This document shows, one piece after another, positions 56,081-64,000 of a DNA stretch of 64,000 nucleotides (its first letter is position 1; every line of letters starts with the position of its first letter). The position numbers and the translations under genes were made by a program. Source of the DNA: a virus; the IMG/VR virus record IMGVR_UViG_3300025407_001359, one strand, 5' to 3'. The notes under the pieces are model-generated. The model did not search any database. It saw only the letters and a list, made by a program, of their open reading frames with translations, and was not told the origin of the DNA.

Positions 56081-56299
56081 TTGGCAAAGGATGATATAAT
56101 TGAAATGACCGGAGTAGTAGACGAAGTTCTACCAAACGCTATGTTTCGCGTAATACTAGAAAATGGACACAAAATTACTGCCACAATCGGCGGTAGATTA
56201 AGACAGCATAATATACGCATATTATTAGGTGATAGTGTAAATGTAGAAATGAGCACATATGACCTAAGCCGTGGGCGAGTGGTATACCGCAACAAATAA
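56081..56299 (+). CDS. infA: Translation initiation factor IF-1
   Basis: [24 protein letters not shown]...[26 protein letters not shown]; TTG start with AAGGAG. Confidence 0.95.
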   Translation: MAKDDIIEMTGVVDEVLPNAMFRVILENGHKITATIGGRLRQHNIRILLGDSVNVEMSTYDLSRGRVVYRNK

Positions 56300-56306
56300 G
56301 TACGGT

Positions 56307-56933
56307 ATGCTAAAACATAAAAAGTTAGGGGTAATTTTTATTGACTGCTGGGACCAACATTGGAATTGGCAAAACCCAGGTGCTCCGCATAATAATTTTT
56401 ATCACAATATGATAGACACATTGTCTGAATATGATATAGACAGTTATGTATTTCATAATACTTTTTTAAGTTTAAAATATGTCACTCCCGACGTTGTAAA
56501 TTATTTCAAAGAATTTGTCAACAACGAACCCAGTGATTCCAACAAACGCCAGGCTGTTATTGACCTACTGAGTGCCACCGGTACTGAACGATTGACCCCT
56601 GAATTACACACCTTATACGAAAATAACAAAAGCATTTATATACCCACATTCAACGGATTTCAACAATGGGTACAAACATCTGGCATTGGTAGATGGATTG
56701 TGGTAGGTGCTCATTGGGGCATTTGTACCCACACAAAACCGTTGGGGTTTGAAAACTTGCTCATTTATAAAAAACAATCTCCGGGTATAAAAATTTTTAG
56801 TATTCCCAGTTGCACAGCAAAATGGACCGACGGTCCCGACAGTGGGGTTACAATTTGCAGTGATATTGACTATGCACAGGACCATTTAAAATGGCAAAAG
56901 GTCGGTGATAATTTACAAGAATTAATATTATAA
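56307..56933 (+). CDS. Isochorismatase/cysteine-hydrolase-like protein
   Basis: GVIFIDCW; IVVGAHWGICTH; AT-rich. Confidence 0.5.
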   Translation: MLKHKKLGVIFIDCWDQHWNWQNPGAPHNNFYHNMIDTLSEYDIDSYVFHNTFLSLKYVTPDVVNYFKEFVNNEPSDSNKRQAVIDLLSATGTERLTPELHTLYENNKSIYIPTFNGFQQWVQTSGIGRWIVVGAHWGICTHTKPLGFENLLIYKKQSPGIKIFSIPSCTAKWTDGPDSGVTICSDIDYAQDHLKWQKVGDNLQELIL

Positions 56934-56941
56934 ATAGTATT

Positions 56942-57487
56942 ATGAACGATATTAGACAAACCTTAGATCTACTAGAAGCAAAAGAAAAAGGCAAACTAGA
57001 GCAAATCAAACTGCCCTACAGTCGTACTGCTTTGGCTCCTGTTATGAGTTCAGCTGAAATAGACTTGCACTATGGTAAACTATACAAAGGCTATGTGGAT
57101 CGTTACAACAAGGGTGAAGGTGACGCCAAGTTTAACGAAGCCGGGGCATACTTACACAGTATATTTTTTAGCCAATTCAAACATCCGGGTAGCCAAAAAC
57201 CACACGGACGTATTGCCGACATCATCAATTATCATCACACAAACTTTGTAGATTTCAAAAAGTCCTTTATCGAAGAAGCAATGAAAGTACAAGGGTCGGG
57301 TTGGATTTATCTCAGCAAGAGCGGTCAGATCAAAACCATTCGCAATCACGCTGTACGTTCAGATATAGCACTATTGATTGATATGTGGGAACACGCTTAT
57401 CAAAACGATTACGGTTCAAACAAGAAAAAATATTTAGAAAACATTTGGCGTATCATTGACTGGAGCGCCGTTAACAGAAGATTATGA
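56942..57487 (+). CDS. sod: Fe/Mn superoxide dismutase
   Basis: Metal ligands LHYGK, YLHSIFF, DMWEHAY; GSGW. Confidence 0.9.
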   Translation: MNDIRQTLDLLEAKEKGKLEQIKLPYSRTALAPVMSSAEIDLHYGKLYKGYVDRYNKGEGDAKFNEAGAYLHSIFFSQFKHPGSQKPHGRIADIINYHHTNFVDFKKSFIEEAMKVQGSGWIYLSKSGQIKTIRNHAVRSDIALLIDMWEHAYQNDYGSNKKKYLENIWRIIDWSAVNRRL

Positions 57488-57810
57488 TAACAATTACAGA
57501 TTCAGCCGTAGCAAAATTACGAGACATACTGGCAGAAGAATCCAATCCTGATCTTAAACTTCGTGTTTTTGTTCAAGGTGGCGGTTGTTCGGGTATGCAG
57601 TACGGATTTACCTTGGACGAAACAGTCAACGAAGATGACTTTGATCTTGACATTGACAATATACACGTACTGGTAGATTCGATGAGCGGTAGCTATCTAC
57701 AAGGTGCCGAGATTGACTACCGAGAAGACCAATACGGCTCACAATTCAGCATCAAAAACCCCAACGCAGTCACCACCTGCGGTTGCGGATCTAGTTTTAG
57801 TCCGGGATAA
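57484..57810 (+). CDS. erpA: Iron-sulfur cluster insertion protein ErpA (HesB/IscA family)
   Basis: [17 protein letters not shown]; [14 protein letters not shown]. Confidence 0.93.
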   Translation: MITITDSAVAKLRDILAEESNPDLKLRVFVQGGGCSGMQYGFTLDETVNEDDFDLDIDNIHVLVDSMSGSYLQGAEIDYREDQYGSQFSIKNPNAVTTCGCGSSFSPG

Positions 57811-57886
57811 TATACCCACATAATTCCTGTGCAAACCTGGCTTTAGCCAATTCCGATAAATAACAGTATTACTCGGGATTATAGTT

Positions 57887-60800
57887 ATGGCATTATGGAC
57901 AGGGGCAATTCAAAAAGTTAATGAAGGTTTTGCGGCCAACGACGGCTCTGGCGATACCATTCGTGCGGCGTTTATTAAAACCGACACCAGCTTTGCAGCA
58001 ATCAATAGCTTTTTAAGCGCAACAACACAGGATTTTCTCAATGCCAATGTTAGTGGTCTATTGCAGTCCAACATTGGATCTTTTGTAAACGTAAACACTA
58101 TCAACTTTGTTGCAACCACGGCCAACATCGCACACATCAATGGTTTGTTGGGATTGACAGTGGGTGGAGATGTTACAGTTACCGGTAACGTAACAGCTAC
58201 CAATACTGTTTCAGCCACAACACTGACTGCCAACACACTACAAGCTGCCACACTTGGCTCCAACATTGGCCTAAACAATTACAGCATTGTCGGCAACGGA
58301 AATGTTGCAATCACCGGCACAGTAGGTGCTACCAATGTTGTCAGCACCAATGCCACAGTAAACGGCACAGCCACAGTACAAAATTTAACAGTACAAGGCA
58401 ACTTGGTAGCCAACGCTGGTTTGGTTGTTACTTCTTCTATTGTGCCAAGCGGAAACTTACAATACGACCTAGGCAGCCCTACAAACTTTTTCCGTAATGT
58501 TTATTCTGCAGGCCTGGTAGAAGTCAACACAGTTGTATTAAACAACAACAATAACATATTGAGATTGCACTCAAATATACCGGTTGGTGACGTCAAAGAC
58601 GTTGGTATTTTGGGCGAGTTTAACAAAAACAGTACCAACAGTTTTGCTTATTTTGGTTACCAATATTCAACTGACAATTTTGTTTACAAGATTACCCCAA
58701 CCGACGCCACTGTGGGTTCGGGCATAGTCAGCGACGGAGTATACGGTAACGCACAATTTGGCAGTTTGTTTCTAAGCAACAACACAGCCGGTGGCAATAC
58801 TTTGGTTGTCAACAGCGGTGCCGCGATTGCTGGCAATGCCTACAGCGCAAACTTTGTTGGCAATTTGGTTGGTAACTTGACCAGCGGTGCAGCCACTGTT
58901 GGCGCACTCACTGTCAACACAGTCACAGCCGGCAACGTAACTGCCAACTATCATCTTGGCAACATTGTTTCATCTGTTGCCAACATTACTAATATAAATG
59001 CCAATACTGTCAATGCAACTGGTAACATTTCGTCCAGTTACTATCTTGGCAATATTGTTTCATCTGTTGCCACTGTTGCAAACCTAACAGTTGGCTCAGT
59101 GGTTGGCAATTTGGCTGTCAACGGAATCATTTCCAGCACTGGCGACGCAACTGTCACCGGCAATGTGGTTGCTGGCAATCGTTTGGTTGGTAATATTACC
59201 AGTACCGCTGCCAACGTTTCAACATTGACAGTTGGTAGTGTCAGTGGCAATTTGTCAGTAACTGGCAACGTGACCAGTGGTGGTTTCCAAGTATTGACCA
59301 TTAACAATTTTTCACAGTATCTGCCAGCTTTGAACAATGCTACCAACGTTGTTGGCGACAGTTACTTTACCGGTAATATGACGGTCAGCGGCATTGCTGG
59401 ATTTAAAACAGCCAGCAACATTTATGCTGGCTACGGATCCGGTGCTCCATTTGGATTCTACGGTAACCTATACGGACTGGTTACCAATCCAGTACAGACT
59501 GGTATTACCACAGTTGGTACTCTTGGTAATTTGTCAATCACTGGCACAACTACCACTGGCACATTGAATGTCAACACTCTTAATGTACAAACTGGTGCAA
59601 CTATAAGCGGCGCATTGTCGGCAGGTACTACTACAGTTGCTGGTTTAAGTGCTAGTTCATTGACTGTCTCGGGCAACACCACCGTAAATAATCTTGCTGT
59701 TACCGGAACAATCAGTACCGGAACCACTATTAGTGCCAGTGCAACCAGCAATTCCTTAACCAGTGGCAATATTACAGTAACTGGCAACGTAACCAGTAAC
59801 AATGCCAGTGTTACCAATACCATAAGCACCAACAACATTGCAGTCACCAGCAACGTAACTGCTGGTAACGTGGTGGCCACAGCAATTTATTCTAATGGAT
59901 ATCGATTTGCTAACGGTGCGGCGTTTGTATCTACTACACTGGCCAATACCGCAGAGATTACAGCCAACATAGCCAGTGGTGCCAATGCTGGATTCAATTT
60001 GGTTGCTTCGGGTGTCTCGGCAGGCACATATGGTTCATCTACCACAGTACCTGTGATTGCCGTTGATGCCAAAGGGCGCATTACTTCCGCAACCACTGCC
60101 AGCATTGCTGGCTCATTGACCTTTACTGGTGATGCAACTGGTTCAGGCAATGTGGGCGGTTCAACAGCGTTGACCTTGGCTGCCTCAGGTGTCACAGCAG
60201 GCACATATGGTTCGGCTACCAGTATTCCAACCATTGCAGTTGACGCCAAAGGCCGTATTACTAGCGTAACTACCAATACTGTCAGCAGTACGTTGAACAT
60301 TGCTGGCACTACAGGAACTGGCTCAGTTGGTTTATTAACCGGTACCTTGACAGTAACTGGCGCCACCGGCGTGTCGGTAGCGGCCTCGGGCAGCACTCTT
60401 ACTGTTAGTCCACCACAGGACTTACGTGCAACTGCTACACCAACATTTAATGGCCTGGTTACCACAAGTCATACTAGCACCAGTTTAACCGCTACCAACA
60501 TCAACATTGTTACCAGCATTGTTCCAACTGTCAATAACACAGTTAATATTGGCGGCAGTGGCAGTAACTTTGCCACAGTATATGCACAAACATTCAGTGG
60601 TACAGCAACCACAGCCAACTATGCTGACTTGGCAGAAATTTATGCAGCCGATGCCGAGTATGCACCGGGTACTGTTGTGATATTTGGTGGCGATAAAGAA
60701 ATCACAACCACTACACAATTCGCTGACGTTGCAGTGGCTGGTGCAATATCCACCGATCCTGCTTACCTGATGAATAATGCAGCGGAAGGTTTACCTGTTG

Positions 60801-60994
60801 CCTTGCGTGGACGTGTTCCTGTGCAAGTGGTTGGACCAGTACGCAAAGGCGACCTGTTGGTAACAGCCGGTGCCACGCCAGGTTACGCTGTCAGCGTGGG
60901 TCGTAGCACAGACTATCCGTTGGCAGTATTTGCCAAGGCATTGGAAACCAATCCGGCTGAAGGCGCAAAAACGATTGAAGCGGTAATTATATAA
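57887..60994 (+). CDS. Tail fibre / baseplate-associated structural protein
   Basis: N-terminal ANDGSGDTIRAAF motif of T4-like baseplate/fibre proteins; Thr/Asn/Gly beta repeats; 2 x AGTYG...VDAKGRIT; C-terminal ANYADLAE domain. Confidence 0.75.
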   Translation: MALWTGAIQKVNEGFAANDGSGDTIRAAFIKTDTSFAAINSFLSATTQDFLNANVSGLLQSNIGSFVNVNTINFVATTANIAHINGLLGLTVGGDVTVTGNVTATNTVSATTLTANTLQAATLGSNIGLNNYSIVGNGNVAITGTVGATNVVSTNATVNGTATVQNLTVQGNLVANAGLVVTSSIVPSGNLQYDLGSPTNFFRNVYSAGLVEVNTVVLNNNNNILRLHSNIPVGDVKDVGILGEFNKNSTNSFAYFGYQYSTDNFVYKITPTDATVGSGIVSDGVYGNAQFGSLFLSNNTAGGNTLVVNSGAAIAGNAYSANFVGNLVGNLTSGAATVGALTVNTVTAGNVTANYHLGNIVSSVANITNINANTVNATGNISSSYYLGNIVSSVATVANLTVGSVVGNLAVNGIISSTGDATVTGNVVAGNRLVGNITSTAANVSTLTVGSVSGNLSVTGNVTSGGFQVLTINNFSQYLPALNNATNVVGDSYFTGNMTVSGIAGFKTASNIYAGYGSGAPFGFYGNLYGLVTNPVQTGITTVGTLGNLSITGTTTTGTLNVNTLNVQTGATISGALSAGTTTVAGLSASSLTVSGNTTVNNLAVTGTISTGTTISASATSNSLTSGNITVTGNVTSNNASVTNTISTNNIAVTSNVTAGNVVATAIYSNGYRFANGAAFVSTTLANTAEITANIASGANAGFNLVASGVSAGTYGSSTTVPVIAVDAKGRITSATTASIAGSLTFTGDATGSGNVGGSTALTLAASGVTAGTYGSATSIPTIAVDAKGRITSVTTNTVSSTLNIAGTTGTGSVGLLTGTLTVTGATGVSVAASGSTLTVSPPQDLRATATPTFNGLVTTSHTSTSLTATNINIVTSIVPTVNNTVNIGGSGSNFATVYAQTFSGTATTANYADLAEIYAADAEYAPGTVVIFGGDKEITTTTQFADVAVAGAISTDPAYLMNNAAEGLPVALRGRVPVQVVGPVRKGDLLVTAGATPGYAVSVGRSTDYPLAVFAKALETNPAEGAKTIEAVII

Positions 60995-60995
60995 T

Positions 60996-63900
60996 ATGGC
61001 ACTAACTTGGGTAACACCACCGGGGTCTCTTGCTAATTTTTTAATTGGCTATCCATCTGAAATTCACGTGCTAGCCACTGATGCATTAAACCCAGGCACA
61101 TCATTGACTTATACCGTAATATCAGGTACATTGCCACCTGGTATGACAATGGATGCGACCGGATATATTTCTGGAACCCCTGAATACAGTACTGCATCAA
61201 ACAATTTGTTTACAAAACTGCCGTACGCATTTGTTGTTAGAGCCAGCGATGGTGCAGGCAATATACTTGATGGTGGTTTTACTATCATTATTTCCAACAC
61301 GTTCAACAATAATTTTTACTGGGTAACACCGGCAGGTTCGTTGGGTACCATTCCCAACGGAGAATTTTATTCATTGCCTTTGCAGGCCATTGACGTACAT
61401 AATCGCACAGTGACTTACAGTTTTATTTCAGGTGAATTACCTCCTGGAATGCAAGTGGTGGCCACAGGGTCATTACAGGGCGTTCCAACCTTGACCAGTG
61501 CTACACAAGTTAACGACAGTCAAAACTTTCGTTTTACCATACGTGCAACCAATGCCAATGGCAACATTAGCGATCAAGCATTTGATATCACTGTCACCAA
61601 TGTGTTTGGTCCAGTTATTGAGCCGGCCACTTCTTTCTTGGGCAGTTTCTTCGACGGCAGTTATTATAAACAACAGTTGTCGGTCAATGAATTAAACACC
61701 AATGTAAACATCAACTGGAGTCTGGTACAAGGCGAATTGCCAGTGGGTTTAACATTGGATTCCAACGGGTTGATCAGCGGCTACATACATCCTGTACAAA
61801 TAATTGGATCGTATGGGCCAGCAAATTATGACAGTTATGTGGTTGATCCAGCTAGCAATACCATCACACAACGAGCACTATACGACGGCGGACCTTACGA
61901 ATTCAATCAGGTCAATCAAAACTTAGCATACAATTTTACCATTCAAGCATTTGATGGTGCCAACTATGACATACAGTCATACACTATCAACATCATCAGT
62001 CGCGGCGGATTTACCGCTGACAGTACTGTTACTGTGGACAACGATCTTATCAGTATTGACTCTACCAACATTTATGCTCCAGTGTTGCTAAACACCAGTA
62101 AAAATTTACCTGTGGCTCGTCAAGACAGTTACTACGCATTTAAATTTGATGGTATTGATTTCCAAGACGACACCCTAACTTATAATATTGCCAATGTGAC
62201 AGGAACCTATGATTCATATGTGACTGGCATTGATGAAGGATTTGACTACGCACCATTTGACAGTTTTACTGGTGGTGCTGGTACATCAAACTTGCCTGGA
62301 GTTATATTGGATGCACAGTCTGGTTGGTTATATGGCAAGGTTAGCCCACAGAACACCAGTATACAAACATACACATTTGGTGTATATGTAAGCAAAGTAA
62401 GAAACACTGTGGTGTGGACCAGCCCCACTGTGTTTTTTAATTTTTCAGTCCTAGGCGACGTAAACAATGTGGTCAAATGGATTACGCCCAGTGACCTAGG
62501 AACCATCAACAACGGCGCAACCAGCGAATTGTATTTGGAAGCCAAGAGTGTGTTGAACAAGCCGTTGATGTATCGATTGTACGATGGCGCCGGTGTTTCT
62601 TGTCATTTGCCACAGGGTTTAAAATTGTTACCTTCGGGAGAAATCAGTGGACGAGTCAGCTTTGAATTGTTTACTGTGGACAATTACCAAACCACATTTG
62701 ACAAAAATTCAATGTCGTTTGATCGCAAGTACGAGTTTACAGTGATTGCCGAAACCGACGACGGTACTGCCGAATCTATACAACAATTCAGTCTCACTGT
62801 AAGCGAAGTAGACAAAAAGCCTTACGAGAATTTATATCTCAAAGCAATGCCAGCTTTGGATCAAAGAAAAATTTATACCAGTGTAATTTCAGATCCTGAA
62901 ATTTTTAATCCTGCGTTGATCTATAGACCAACTGATCCATACTATGGTGTTAAGACCGATATTGAAATGTTGTTTATGTCAGGATTGAATCCGTCATCGT
63001 TGAATCAATACGAAACAGCAATGATCAGAAACCATTATACCAAACGTTACAATTTTGGCGATATAAAAACTGCTGTGGTGTTGGACGACAATTTTAAAGT
63101 CAAATATGAGGTGGTTTATATAGACCTAATTGACCCTGAAGAAGATGCCAACGGAAATGGTCCACCATTGGAGATTGATCAAAATGGCCTGACCATTTAT
63201 CCAAATACCAGTGCTGATATGGTTCAGCGGATTGCCAGCGGCTTGGGTTACAATGATCAAAGCACACTACCAACTTGGATGACCAGCAATCAACCCGATC
63301 CTACAAACGCCAGCAAGTTTAAAACACCACTGGGATATACCAAAGCTGTGGTAATGGCCTACACCAAACCAGGTGCAAGTAGTTTGATAGCTTATAGATT
63401 ACGAAACACAGGAATCAATTTTAATCGAATAGAATTTGCTGTGAATCGCTATCAACTTGACAACTATTACAGCACATACTATGACATCAACAGTGGCAAC
63501 TATGTACGTATGCCTCAAACTACCTTTGACAATCAAGCAGTCAACAACATTGGTCAAATTATAGCAACGGTAGACTACGGAGTTACTGTACCTTTCAGTG
63601 AAATCAATGGAAGACCTGTGGATTATATCAATGCCAACGGCGGCATTGATGGATCAACCGCCTATCGCAATGGTGAACGATTGATTTTTGTCAAACAAGA
63701 GAATTTTAGACAAAACTTGCCGTATTCGGGTTGGGTAGACTATACTGGAGTTTATCTGGGCGATGATGTCACCACATCAGCCGTTGAAGGATACGATGAC
63801 ACTCCTTACGATCCTTATCACGTTGTACCAGGCTATTTAGAAAAGAATCAAAATATTGCCAGTGCCACTGTAATTGCTACACAGTCAAACGCTGCGGCCA

Positions 63901-64000
63901 ATAATCTCACTGTGGACAGCACCGAAGGATTAGTTGTAGGTACTGGTATTGTGTTCACCGGCGTTATGTTTGGCGGATTGGTCAACGGTACCACTTATTA
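60996..64000 (+). CDS. Large baseplate/tail structural protein with putative Ig repeats, 3'-truncated by the window edge
   Basis: Own translation MALTWVTPPGSL...SGTLPPGMTMDATGYISGTP; repeated WVTPAGSLG / LP.G motifs; absent from the ORF track, consistent with no stop in the window. Confidence 0.75.
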   Translation, partial: MALTWVTPPGSLANFLIGYPSEIHVLATDALNPGTSLTYTVISGTLPPGMTMDATGYISGTPEYSTASNNLFTKLPYAFVVRASDGAGNILDGGFTIIISNTFNNNFYWVTPAGSLGTIPNGEFYSLPLQAIDVHNRTVTYSFISGELPPGMQVVATGSLQGVPTLTSATQVNDSQNFRFTIRATNANGNISDQAFDITVTNVFGPVIEPATSFLGSFFDGSYYKQQLSVNELNTNVNINWSLVQGELPVGLTLDSNGLISGYIHPVQIIGSYGPANYDSYVVDPASNTITQRALYDGGPYEFNQVNQNLAYNFTIQAFDGANYDIQSYTINIISRGGFTADSTVTVDNDLISIDSTNIYAPVLLNTSKNLPVARQDSYYAFKFDGIDFQDDTLTYNIANVTGTYDSYVTGIDEGFDYAPFDSFTGGAGTSNLPGVILDAQSGWLYGKVSPQNTSIQTYTFGVYVSKVRNTVVWTSPTVFFNFSVLGDVNNVVKWITPSDLGTINNGATSELYLEAKSVLNKPLMYRLYDGAGVSCHLPQGLKLLPSGEISGRVSFELFTVDNYQTTFDKNSMSFDRKYEFTVIAETDDGTAESIQQFSLTVSEVDKKPYENLYLKAMPALDQRKIYTSVISDPEIFNPALIYRPTDPYYGVKTDIEMLFMSGLNPSSLNQYETAMIRNHYTKRYNFGDIKTAVVLDDNFKVKYEVVYIDLIDPEEDANGNGPPLEIDQNGLTIYPNTSADMVQRIASGLGYNDQSTLPTWMTSNQPDPTNASKFKTPLGYTKAVVMAYTKPGASSLIAYRLRNTGINFNRIEFAVNRYQLDNYYSTYYDINSGNYVRMPQTTFDNQAVNNIGQIIATVDYGVTVPFSEINGRPVDYINANGGIDGSTAYRNGERLIFVKQENFRQNLPYSGWVDYTGVYLGDDVTTSAVEGYDDTPYDPYHVVPGYLEKNQNIASATVIATQSNAAANNLTVDSTEGLVVGTGIVFTGVMFGGLVNGTTY

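Larger units (their letters stand above)
2226..57862. promoter_or_regulatory. Dispersed T4-like late promoter motif TAAATA
   Basis: + strand 2226, 8165, 8513, 11136, 12897, 21112, 27637, 29816, 30693, 38501, 56931, 57857; - strand 17257, 24315, 36566; each just upstream of a gene start. Confidence 0.75.

Noticed and set aside
57910-60718. Long antisense ORFs within the tail gene (and similar ones in 11342-11884 and 53125-53973)
   Set aside because: They are shadows of biased codon usage in Thr/Asn/Gly- or Leu/Gly-rich sense genes, with no RBS or motifs.
1-64000. Stop-codon reassignment (alternative genetic code)
   Set aside because: Conserved genes (ligase, clpP, tctA, cyclase) are full-length in the standard code, and no suppressor tRNA was seen.
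1-64000. Restriction-site avoidance (an impression that CATG is scarce)
   Set aside because: Several CATG sites are present; this needs an observed/expected k-mer count that I cannot run.

Overview
This window is part of a large T4-like (myovirus or jumbo) phage genome. The evidence is dense short ORFs, many sigma70-type early promoters (TTGACC-N17-TATAAT), T4-like late TAAATA promoters, a T4-type DNA ligase, and the start of a tail/baseplate module at the right end. Host-derived genes (erpA, ahpC/ahpD, infA, desaturase, tctA/B, phasin-like, DUF3563-like) and the tmRNA type point to a proteobacterial host, probably an aquatic betaproteobacterium; this is inference. Left to right: (1) a curli/type VIII secretion locus (csgF, csgG, curlin, FecR protein, PA14-curlin fusion) linked to a CHASE2 adenylate cyclase, plus a stand-alone copy of that cyclase's C-terminal domain; (2) lipid-remodelling genes; (3) a nucleotide-sugar/amidinotransferase biosynthetic cluster; (4) envelope lipoproteins and clpP; (5) a late cluster of probable head-packaged multidomain effectors (amidoligase with repeats; YafQ-like plus GNAT-like polyprotein; ParB-like); (6) an early region with a circularly permuted two-piece tmRNA and an unassigned structured RNA; (7) DNA ligase, redox genes, an array of small paralogous ORFs with a flavin halogenase, tctBA, infA, SOD and erpA; (8) tail genes. 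No CRISPR array, tRNA or transposase was found. All family assignments come from motif recognition by eye, not database searches.
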